A DNA stretch of 64,000 nucleotides, from the IMG/VR virus record IMGVR_UViG_3300015607_000582, positions 64,001 to 128,000 of that record; one strand, given 5' to 3'. Every line of letters starts with the position of its first letter. The first letter of the stretch is position 1. The DNA comes from a virus. Taxonomy: Duplodnaviria; Caudoviricetes. This document shows, one piece after another, positions 35,797 through 44,018 of this stretch. Both the position numbers and the translations under genes were made by a program. The notes beneath the pieces were generated by a model. The model did no database searches, was not told the DNA's origin, and was given only the letters and a program-made list of their open reading frames with translations.

Positions 35797-37140
35797 CTAG
35801 TAGAAGAGGGCCTCGGCAGGGCCATCGTTGTCGGGTGTGACGGTGTCGACGGAGGCGGTGTGGGCGCGTGCCTCGGCGTTGAGGGCTGCAGCCCGCCGAG
35901 CGCGGTGCGCCTCGACTGCATCGCAGAACTGGTCGACGAGCTGCTTGCGCGCCTCGGGATCCATCGCTGCGGTGCGCTCCATGACGGACGCCTCGGCGAG
36001 GTCGCGGATCGCCGCAGCATCGTGAACCATGAGATCCGGCAGCTCGGCCACGAGGATGGCTGCATCCTCTCGGGCCGCCTTGACCGGGTTGTAGCTCGCC
36101 GACTCCTCCGTCATCTGGGCGATGGCCGGATCGAGGTCGGGGGAGTCGAAACCACCGACGGAGCCGTTGGCCGCGACCACCGCCCCGACCTCGTAGCCGC
36201 TCTGGCTGGAGAGGTACTCCCGCTCGGACGCCGTGACGATGCCCTCCGCGTTGGACGTCAGCTCCCTGATCGCCCCGGCAGTGGCCTCCCGCATCTTGAC
36301 GAGGTAGGGCAGGCTCTCGTCATCGGCCCGACCGAGCGCGGCGACGATGCGCTTGCGCGCCTCCTGCAGATGCTCGATGCGAGACGCGACAGTGGCGATG
36401 TCGTTCGGCTTCGCCTCGGGGATGGAGTCGATGAACTGCTGGATCTCCGAGACCTCGTCGCTCTCGTCGCTGACGGGCTCGGCGATCTCGCCGTTGAGCT
36501 GCTGGACGCCGTGCGGGGTGTCGACGGCGACGACGAGGCGGCCCCACTCGTCGTAGTCCATGCCCCGGAAGGTGCCCTCGAAGTTGGCCACGCGCACCTT
36601 GCCCGTGTAGCCCTGCCACATGGTGCGAAGCTGGTCGCGGAGCTGCTGCGCCATGACCGTGTCGCCCTCCTGCTCGGCCTGCATGAGCTTGGCCTTCAGG
36701 TCTTCGACGCCCTGCACGCCCTGATTCTGCTCGGGCTGCTCCGGGTAGGTGTGGCGGTACTGGTCGAGACCGTCGCCGACATTGGCCGTCAGGCCCTGCG
36801 GGGGCATGCTGAACTCACTGTCCTGCTGGATCTCGGGGGCAGCGGCCGGATCCTCCACCTCGGGGTCGAACTCGTTCGACTCCGTCGACTGGTGCTCCAG
36901 TGCGCGCTGGTAGGCGGCCTCGGGGTCGGGACAGCCGTCGTGCGCCAGCTTGGCGACGATCTCCTGCTGGTTGGCCCCACGGGTCAGCATGTCGAGGGCG
37001 TGATCGACCCACGTCTCGGTCGCCACCTCCTGCTCGACCGAGTTGGTGGCGTTGTCCGCGAGGTCGACACCACCGGGGGCCGCCTCGGGGCTGATCGGGT
37101 TGAGATCCGCTGCATCAGCAGCAAGCACGCGCCATCGCAC
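35797..37140 (-). CDS. Putative head/scaffold-associated protein
   Basis: Acidic helical protein; GTG after AGGAG; follows a class III motif. Confidence 0.5.
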   Translation of the reverse strand: MRWRVLAADAADLNPISPEAAPGGVDLADNATNSVEQEVATETWVDHALDMLTRGANQQEIVAKLAHDGCPDPEAAYQRALEHQSTESNEFDPEVEDPAAAPEIQQDSEFSMPPQGLTANVGDGLDQYRHTYPEQPEQNQGVQGVEDLKAKLMQAEQEGDTVMAQQLRDQLRTMWQGYTGKVRVANFEGTFRGMDYDEWGRLVVAVDTPHGVQQLNGEIAEPVSDESDEVSEIQQFIDSIPEAKPNDIATVASRIEHLQEARKRIVAALGRADDESLPYLVKMREATAGAIRELTSNAEGIVTASEREYLSSQSGYEVGAVVAANGSVGGFDSPDLDPAIAQMTEESASYNPVKAAREDAAILVAELPDLMVHDAAAIRDLAEASVMERTAAMDPEARKQLVDQFCDAVEAHRARRAAALNAEARAHTASVDTVTPDNDGPAEALFY

Positions 37141-37163
37141 TGGTATGCACTCCTGTTGTGGCT

Positions 37164-37175
37164 TCACACGTTAGT
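37164..37175 (-). promoter_or_regulatory. Class III motif
   Basis: ACTAA-CGT-GTGA, intergenic. Confidence 0.55.
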
Positions 37176-37191
37176 TCGCAGCAGGAATCGG

Positions 37192-39210
37192 TCACCGCAT
37201 CCTGCGCAGCCCTCGGGCGGGGTTGAAGTTGCCACCTCGGGCCCCTCGACCGCCGTAGAACTGATCCAAGCTGCCGCTGGTTGATGCGGTGCTCCGGGGG
37301 CCGAACTCCGACCTGCCGCCGATGGGGTAGCCACCCTGCGCGCCCGTGCGAATCATGGGATTGCCGCGCGTCCCGATCAGGTCGGACAGGAACGACCCGA
37401 GGAACTTGTAGTTGACGTCGCGGATGCAGTCCGCCATGTCCTTCGTCTGCACCGGGCCCGTGGTCTGTCGCTCGACCTTCGGGTTCTGCTTGGTCATGTC
37501 GCACGAGAGGAACTTCAGCTCCTGCTTCGAGTAGTCACTGTCCTCGCAGTCGGGCGCGACGTGGATCATGCCGAGGTTCATCGCCGTCTTGAGCGTCTGC
37601 CACTTGTTCCAGTTCTCCTTGTTGCCGCCCTGCGACTCGAAGACCTTGGTCTCGTGGATGCGCTTGACGGCCATCTCCTCGCGCAGCCACTGCACGGGCA
37701 TGATCGAGTTGAACTGGTCGAACGTCAGCTCGGACGGCCGGAACAGGTCGATGATGTGCAGCACCTCCCGCATCACCACCATGTAGTCGATGGTGCCCTG
37801 CGGGAAGTCCTCGGGGTTCCATCGCTTCACGACGTCGATGATGACGTGGTTGACCGGCTCGCCTCCGAAGTTCGGATTCGGGAACGCCTCGACGTGACCC
37901 AGCGCGAAGCCGAACCCTGCCGTGGTCGACGAGGGGTCGAGGTGCGCCATGTAGTTGTACGTGTACGAGCCCTCCGTCGCCATCCGCACCGGCCGCATGA
38001 TGTCCTCGCGCAGCGTCGGCACCCCGGCGGCGGGGATGTGGATCATGCCGTTGTAGGCGCGGTCGACCACGTTCGGGTCGAGGTACCCATCGAGGACTTC
38101 CGCCCACTGAGCGCGACGCTCGACCCGGTAGGTGTCCGGGTTCGCCTTCTCCTTCAGGCGCTCGTCGCGCGCCGACAGTCGGTCATCCTCGCACGGCTGA
38201 TCCTCGTCAGGCACGTCGGGGTTCGCCATGACCGCATTCGGAATCGGAGCATGGCCCCACCGCTGCTTGCGGGGGTCGTTCTCGTAGCCCATGTAGAGCG
38301 CCCACGACGGCCAGTTGAACGTCAGCATGCCGTGGTTGAAGGGATCGCCGTTCTCGTCGAGCTGGTACCCGATCTGCGTCTGCTCGTAGAACTTGCCGGT
38401 CTTGGCCCACGGCGACGAGTTCAGGAAGCACATCGCCCACTTGCCGAACTGGGCGAGCGACGGCTCGTTCGCGTTGTAGACCTCGCTGCCGGTGGAGGCC
38501 GACTTGCCCTCCATCATGTGCGCCATCTCGTCGAACACCGACACGAGCGAGGTAGCACCTCGGACTGAGCGGGCGTTGGCCGGGAGCGGCTTGGCGCGCA
38601 GCTTCGAGTAGTCGCGGTTGACGGAGATCCCCGCCTCCCTCAGTTCCTGCACCAACTCCTCGTCGGCGTCCGTCTTGATGTTGAAGCCCTCCTCCAAGAT
38701 GTTCGTGATGAACGGCCGGAGCGGCTTGCAGTTGGAGACGACGTTGATGAGGTCGGCGAACTGGAACTTCTTGGCCTGATCGAGCGACGCCGCGATGCAG
38801 GTGAAGTAGATTTCCTTGTCCTTCGAGATGTTGAAGAACTCGCCGGGGTTGGGGATCTGCTGGACTTCGTACATGATCTTCGCCATGGCCAGCGCGGTGA
38901 GGAATCCCTTCGATCCGCGTCGGCCACCGATCATGTGAACCTCGGTGAAGTGCGTGTAGCCGTTGTCGCGCAAGTAGTCCCTGCGCTGGCGCACCTTGGG
39001 TGAGATGTGGACGCCGTCCTCGCCACGAATCCATCCGCTGAGGACGTCCTCCTCCCACCCCTCCATCTCTTCGAGGAACATCAGCTTGAGCAGCACCTGC
39101 TGGCGCGGGTACATCCGGTACCCGCAGTAGGCGCTGCTCTCTGCGAACTCGGCAATGCCGACCTGATGCGAGGCGACCTGCCGAAAGAACTGATCGGCGA
39201 GGACAGTCAT
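37192..39210 (-). CDS. terL: Terminase large subunit
   Basis: YPRQ, GGRRGSKG (Walker A), VFDEMAH (Walker B), SSP, HLDPS and FDQFNS nuclease motifs, KDMAD. Confidence 0.88.
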   Translation of the reverse strand: MTVLADQFFRQVASHQVGIAEFAESSAYCGYRMYPRQQVLLKLMFLEEMEGWEEDVLSGWIRGEDGVHISPKVRQRRDYLRDNGYTHFTEVHMIGGRRGSKGFLTALAMAKIMYEVQQIPNPGEFFNISKDKEIYFTCIAASLDQAKKFQFADLINVVSNCKPLRPFITNILEEGFNIKTDADEELVQELREAGISVNRDYSKLRAKPLPANARSVRGATSLVSVFDEMAHMMEGKSASTGSEVYNANEPSLAQFGKWAMCFLNSSPWAKTGKFYEQTQIGYQLDENGDPFNHGMLTFNWPSWALYMGYENDPRKQRWGHAPIPNAVMANPDVPDEDQPCEDDRLSARDERLKEKANPDTYRVERRAQWAEVLDGYLDPNVVDRAYNGMIHIPAAGVPTLREDIMRPVRMATEGSYTYNYMAHLDPSSTTAGFGFALGHVEAFPNPNFGGEPVNHVIIDVVKRWNPEDFPQGTIDYMVVMREVLHIIDLFRPSELTFDQFNSIMPVQWLREEMAVKRIHETKVFESQGGNKENWNKWQTLKTAMNLGMIHVAPDCEDSDYSKQELKFLSCDMTKQNPKVERQTTGPVQTKDMADCIRDVNYKFLGSFLSDLIGTRGNPMIRTGAQGGYPIGGRSEFGPRSTASTSGSLDQFYGGRGARGGNFNPARGLRRMR

Positions 39211-39587
39211 CGCGCAGGCGGCTCGATGGCCCGAATCACTCGCCGGACGTCCTTGTCCTCGTTGCGGTCGACCGCGCGCCGCACCTCGTGGTACTGGCGC
39301 TCGTGGTCGAACCCGTGCTTGTTGTACTCGTGGCCCGGCACGCGACCAACCACCTCGATGGTGGCGGGGCCGATGCCGAGCAGGCACTCGGTCGTGTGGA
39401 CGCGGACGACGTAGCCGATCTTGTACGCCTCGTCCTGAGCGCGCTTCGCCATCTCGCCGACGTGCAGGTGATCGTTCGGCTTCTTGGAGTAGCGACGCAT
39501 CAGCTCCCGCCACATGGTGGCGATGCGCTTGACGTCCTCGTCGTGCATGTCGGCAGAGGTGATCCCCTGCTCGGCGTACTCGGTCAT
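39207..39587 (-). CDS. Hypothetical protein
   Basis: Coupled to terL. Confidence 0.6.
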   Translation of the reverse strand: MTEYAEQGITSADMHDEDVKRIATMWRELMRRYSKKPNDHLHVGEMAKRAQDEAYKIGYVVRVHTTECLLGIGPATIEVVGRVPGHEYNKHGFDHERQYHEVRRAVDRNEDKDVRRVIRAIEPPAR

Positions 39588-40354
39588 CCGTCTCCCCTTG
39601 CGAGTTGCCTGCGCCGATCCCGCTCCAGCTCCAGATTGAGCCTGAACTGCTCGGCGATCTTCTTCCACATCGACTCGGGCACGATCTGCTTCATCGTCTT
39701 GGTGAGGATGTTCATCTCCATCACCATCTCGTCGACGCGCTCCGCGTGGAGCTTGGCATCGTCGGCCGCCAGCTTGTCGATGATCTTGAGCGCGGTCTCG
39801 GGCTCGATGCGTACGCTGTCGTCCACGATGGCCTTGAACGCCTTCTGGCGCATCACCTCAAGCATCGCTCGATTCGTGAGCAGGTTGTCAGCCACCTGCT
39901 CGATGTTCTCGAACTGCTTCTCGGCCTGCTTCTCCAGCATGCGGCGCACGGCCGCGTCGTGCATCGTCATGTGCTTCCGCACATGGTTCGACATGGAGTG
40001 CGGCGAGAGCTTCTCGCCGATCTGCTCCATGTAGCTGATGACCTCGACCTGCGACATGCCGTACACGATCAGCCGCTCGATCTGGTCACGGTACGTCGAC
40101 TTGCACACGTTGCACTTGTCGACGACGGGGCGCAGCTTGGTGGTCGAAGCCTGCGCCAGCCCGAGGCCCTTCTTCGGCGCGTCCTTGTCGCCCTTGCCGG
40201 TCGCGGACTTGCCTCCGTTGGCGCGCTTCTCGCGCTGCGCGTCCTTGAACGACTTCCCGCCAGCGGTGGGGTCGTTCTTGGGGGAGCGCGGACTGCCGCT
40301 GCTGTCGTACGTCGGAGCCATGTCAGTCGGCGTAGTAGGCGGCACCCTTGGCAC
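39584..40354 (-). CDS. Putative terminase small subunit / Zn-HTH protein
   Basis: CNVC..R..IE..H..KH and helical C-terminus; upstream of terL. Confidence 0.5.
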   Translation of the reverse strand: MPRVPPTTPTDMAPTYDSSGSPRSPKNDPTAGGKSFKDAQREKRANGGKSATGKGDKDAPKKGLGLAQASTTKLRPVVDKCNVCKSTYRDQIERLIVYGMSQVEVISYMEQIGEKLSPHSMSNHVRKHMTMHDAAVRRMLEKQAEKQFENIEQVADNLLTNRAMLEVMRQKAFKAIVDDSVRIEPETALKIIDKLAADDAKLHAERVDEMVMEMNILTKTMKQIVPESMWKKIAEQFRLNLELERDRRRQLARGDG

Positions 40355-40676
40355 GCGCCTCCTCGGAGTTCACCCGGCGACCATCCGGCGCAGCGCGCCA
40401 GTAGATCCCCGAAACGACAGACGGGTCGACGGATCCCGAGTTCGAGTGGATCTCGCGTCGACGTCGCTGGCGCAGGTGCTCGTAGAACAGGATGGGATCG
40501 TCGCCCTTGAGCCCGCGCTTCTTGCCGGTCTCCGGGTCGATCTCGTTCGCGTTCTCGCGCAGCATCTGGTCGGCGATGACCTCCAGCTCGGTCTTGGTGT
40601 AGCCGCCCGCCTTCGCCTTCTCCGGGTCGTACTCGATGTAGTCGGGCTTCTGCCGACGGCGATTCCAGTTCCCCAT
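40323..40676 (-). CDS. Hypothetical protein
   Basis: Coupled ORF. Confidence 0.6.
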   Translation of the reverse strand: MGNWNRRRQKPDYIEYDPEKAKAGGYTKTELEVIADQMLRENANEIDPETGKKRGLKGDDPILFYEHLRQRRRREIHSNSGSVDPSVVSGIYWRAAPDGRRVNSEEARAKGAAYYAD

Positions 40677-41050
40677 CAGTCCCCCTCGTACCAGTCTGGG
40701 AAGTAGTGACGTGCCAAGTCCTCGCAGGACAGCTCGACGAACTGCCCCACCATGACCGGCTTGACGTTGCCGATCAGCACCCCAACCTCCTTCTGCGTCA
40801 TGTCGCGCAGGACGTTGAGCAGCAGGGCACTGCGATGCTGCTGAGGAACCTCAACGGGCCCCTCGCCAGTTAGGATGCAGTGCCGGATGGCTTCCACCTC
40901 GGTCAGCCCCATGTGAACCTCGGTGTCGCCGAGCCTGTAGACCAGCGCGAACTCCCCCGACTGCTGGCACACCTGCTTGAACGACTCGAAGTTCCGCAGC
41001 ACCTCGCGGAGCAGTCGATGCGGCTTCGCCAGAAACTCCTGCTCATCCAC
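40676..41050 (-). CDS. Sigma70 region 4-like HTH protein
   Basis: PQQHRSALLL...MTQKEVG.LIG. Confidence 0.55.
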   Translation of the reverse strand: MDEQEFLAKPHRLLREVLRNFESFKQVCQQSGEFALVYRLGDTEVHMGLTEVEAIRHCILTGEGPVEVPQQHRSALLLNVLRDMTQKEVGVLIGNVKPVMVGQFVELSCEDLARHYFPDWYEGD

Positions 41051-41642
41051 GAGCGGCCCCCTTCGACTTCTTGCGGCGCGGATTGCCCTTGGCCTTCGGC
41101 ACCCTGTAGCCGCCACCCACGAGACTGATCGCGATTGCGTCCGCCTCGTCTGCGGTCGACGTCAGCTCCTTCTTGCGCGGCTCCAGCTCGGGGAACACGG
41201 ACAGCACCGCGTTCCTGACCTGCACCTTGGTCGCGTCGCCGTAGCCAGTGGCGCGCTGCTTGACGGTCGTGGCCGAGAGCTGCTCGTACGGCCACTCCCA
41301 CTCCTCGCACAGCGCCTGACACACCGTGACAACGACCTGCGCGAGCTGTGACTGAACAGCCCCGCCCGACTGGAACCCGATGGCAGGAACGATCTCGAAG
41401 ACGATCCTGACGTCCGGGTCGCCATGCTCCACATGGAGGTCATCGAGGTGATCCGCGATGTCGGCGAAGTTGGACGCCCAGAACGTGACCAGTCGAGAGC
41501 GGTACTGCTGGTACGGCTCGTTCTGCTTGCGAGGCAGCGAGCAGACGCCAGAGCCGAGGTAGCGCCGCTCGCCATCGACCTCCTGAGTGAACGCCCACCC
41601 AGCCCGCTGCGCACCGGGGTCGATTCCGAGCACAATCGTCAT
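41043..41642 (-). CDS. ruvC: RuvC-like Holliday junction resolvase
   Basis: VLGIDPG, VFE, VK..ATGYGDATK.QV, DEADAIAI. Confidence 0.88.
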   Translation of the reverse strand: MTIVLGIDPGAQRAGWAFTQEVDGERRYLGSGVCSLPRKQNEPYQQYRSRLVTFWASNFADIADHLDDLHVEHGDPDVRIVFEIVPAIGFQSGGAVQSQLAQVVVTVCQALCEEWEWPYEQLSATTVKQRATGYGDATKVQVRNAVLSVFPELEPRKKELTSTADEADAIAISLVGGGYRVPKAKGNPRRKKSKGAARG

Positions 41643-42433
41643 GCCTTGGCCGCCTTCTTGATCGCGGTGCGTCCGGGGCACGCCTTGTCGGGGTTGCACT
41701 CGCACTTCGGCGGCGTCCCGGCGCGAAGGGCCTCGGCCACGATTGCCCAGCGTTCGTAGATCGACTCCACGAAGTCCGGATCGCGGTGGACGTGGCGCTC
41801 CTTGAAGCCGTGCGGCGTGTCCTTGTTCATGTAGAGCACGATGGCGAGATCGACGTCGTGCCAGTCCATGTAGAGCTGCGTCTGGGCCTCGTACTTCGGC
41901 CAGAAGCCGGTGTCCTGCCCCACGTTGTTGAAGGAGAACGACGCGGCGGTCTTCACGTCGACCAGAGCATCCCCGAAGTCGGGAATCTCGCAGTGCGAGA
42001 CGTCGGCGGAGCCACGGCACCACCAGAGGGCTTCCTTGATCTTCGGATCGGTGCGCCAGTCGACCGAGCAGTCGAGCACCGTGCCGTCGTCGGTGCGACG
42101 GAACTCGTGCTCGATGTACTCCGGCTTGGTGAACCCCATGTCGACCAGAGCGTTCTGCAGGAGGCCATGCAGCGCGTGACCGATCTGGAACACCCGCTGC
42201 GTCGACGCGGAGTGCTTCTCCGGCGGCAGCAGGCCCGCCATCGAGGCGTACGTCGCCGCCAGACATGCCAGCCCATGCGACGACGGATGGAAGGCGGTGT
42301 CGCGCTCCTTGTTCGGCTCGACGATGATCTTGATCTCGTCGGGGAACTGACCCCTGCTGTAGTAGAGGTCGAGGTGCGGGGCGAGGAGCAGTTTCTCCTT
42401 CGCCGTCTTGTTCAGGTTCTTGATGAAGCTCAT
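41639..42433 (-). CDS. Cas4-like / PD-(D/E)xK exonuclease
   Basis: FHPSS..C, G..LH, GSAD..DVKT, Q.QLYM, C-terminal Cys. Confidence 0.8.
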   Translation of the reverse strand: MSFIKNLNKTAKEKLLLAPHLDLYYSRGQFPDEIKIIVEPNKERDTAFHPSSHGLACLAATYASMAGLLPPEKHSASTQRVFQIGHALHGLLQNALVDMGFTKPEYIEHEFRRTDDGTVLDCSVDWRTDPKIKEALWWCRGSADVSHCEIPDFGDALVDVKTAASFSFNNVGQDTGFWPKYEAQTQLYMDWHDVDLAIVLYMNKDTPHGFKERHVHRDPDFVESIYERWAIVAEALRAGTPPKCECNPDKACPGRTAIKKAAKA

Positions 42434-42795
42434 GCGTACCTCGGATCCATGAAGTGGTCGAGCGTGGTGACGATCAGGTCGATGTGTCCGTCTCGGTCGG
42501 CCAGCGGGTGAGCCGGGTCAGCGATGATGCGGAGAGCCATCAGCGGCTCCTTACCCTCGCTCCACGCCTCGTCGGTGATCTTGGCGAGATCCTCCATGGA
42601 GATGGAGATGGACTTGGCGGGCTTGTCGTACTGGCCGCGCACCTTGCACTCGATCAGGTACTGGTGGTTGCGCACGTCGCCCTGATCGGAGACCGCAGCC
42701 CCCGACGACGGCGAACGCTTCGCACTCGGGAACCGCGAGGCAACGTACTCCTCCTGCCGAACGGAGCGATCCTTGCTGCTGCCGCGAGCCGCCAT
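42430..42795 (-). CDS. PD-(D/E)xK nuclease, Hjc-like resolvase
   Basis: E..VA..SSGA..GD..LIECK. Confidence 0.72.
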   Translation of the reverse strand: MAARGSSKDRSVRQEEYVASRFPSAKRSPSSGAAVSDQGDVRNHQYLIECKVRGQYDKPAKSISISMEDLAKITDEAWSEGKEPLMALRIIADPAHPLADRDGHIDLIVTTLDHFMDPRYA

Positions 42796-42918
42796 CTACT
42801 CGCCCCTCTCGCAGTCGACGCAGCGAACCCAGAACGTGTCGCGATCCTGTCGCGACCACAGGACGAGCGCCAGCGTGACGCCGACGAACACCCCTGCGAG
42901 GAATGCGAGGACGATCAT
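42796..42918 (-). CDS. Small membrane protein
   Basis: MIVLAFLAGVFVGVTLALVLW. Confidence 0.5.
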   Translation of the reverse strand: MIVLAFLAGVFVGVTLALVLWSRQDRDTFWVRCVDCERGE

Positions 42919-44018
42919 TCGCCGACCTCCACTTCGTCGGCCGAGATCGGGTCGACGTTCTCGACCGGGCCGTAGGCGGTCTCCATCGCGTCCATGATCC
43001 CTGCCCGGATGAGGTCGTAGACCATCGGCTTCTCGGCGATGTGCGCCGCGACGCCCTTGACGCCCTGCACCTTCACGCCGTCGGGGAGCGTGTAGTACGC
43101 GCCGCCGCGCTTGATGATGCCGGAGCGCATGCCCGTGTTGATGACGTCGGCGACGGTGTCGACGCCGAAGGGGTAGTCGTCCGTCTCCATGTAGTACATG
43201 TCGTAGAGCGCCTTGCGACCCGAGCCCTCGGAGAGCTTGTTGCGCAGGATGTGCGCGATGATCGGCCGACCGATCTCGACGTCGGTTCCGGCGATCTTGG
43301 TCTTGAAGGGCGTGCCGCCGACCTTGAGGTGGACGATCATCGCCTCCATGTGCTCGATAGCGCGACCGCCCGGCTGCTTCACTGCCCCGGCGTAGCGCGC
43401 GTTCATGTCGTCGCGCTGCTGGTTGAGCATGACCAGCGCCGTGTTGGTGTGGTAGGCGGCCGGGACGCACATCTTCATGCCCCATGTGATGAGACCCGCC
43501 TGACCGCCAGTGCGGGCCTTGGCGTCGGTGCCGATCTCGCTCTCGCCGAGCAGGGCACCAATCGAGTCGAAGATGACCAGCCCGACCTCGGCCTCGATGC
43601 AGCGGTACATCATCTGGAACGCCTCCTCGCCCGTCTTGGGGAAGGCGACGAGGAGGTTGTCGACGTCGACGCCGTGCTTGGCCGCCCACGAGGGGTCGAA
43701 GCTCGTCTCGACAGCGAGCCAGACGGCGTCGAGCTTCTGGTTCTGGGCGTTGGCGACGATGCGGTTCGCCAGCACGCTCTTGCCGATGTCGCGGTGGCCG
43801 AAGATGCCGGTCGCATGGCCGCGCGGGATGCCGCCGATGCCGGTCTCGTAGTCGAGGGCGAGGATGCCCGTCGGGATGACGTCGAGCGGAGGCTTCTCGC
43901 TGCCGAGCACGGCGGCGCGGGGTCCGTACGCCTTCTGCAGCTCCTGCCCGAGCGAGTGCATCCGCACGGGCTTGACGGGCTTGGTCTTGTTCGCGTTGAG
44001 CTTGATCGGCTTGCTCAT
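42915..44018 (-). CDS. recA: RecA/UvsX-like recombinase
   Basis: IPTG..LD..GIGGIPRG, GHRDIGKS, IFDSIGAL, NQ.R, PGGRA. Confidence 0.9.
   Translation of the reverse strand: MSKPIKLNANKTKPVKPVRMHSLGQELQKAYGPRAAVLGSEKPPLDVIPTGILALDYETGIGGIPRGHATGIFGHRDIGKSVLANRIVANAQNQKLDAVWLAVETSFDPSWAAKHGVDVDNLLVAFPKTGEEAFQMMYRCIEAEVGLVIFDSIGALLGESEIGTDAKARTGGQAGLITWGMKMCVPAAYHTNTALVMLNQQRDDMNARYAGAVKQPGGRAIEHMEAMIVHLKVGGTPFKTKIAGTDVEIGRPIIAHILRNKLSEGSGRKALYDMYYMETDDYPFGVDTVADVINTGMRSGIIKRGGAYYTLPDGVKVQGVKGVAAHIAEKPMVYDLIRAGIMDAMETAYGPVENVDPISADEVEVGE

Noticed and set aside
41639-42433. Cas4-like gene as evidence of CRISPR-Cas
   Set aside because: Solo nuclease in a recombination block; no array or other cas genes
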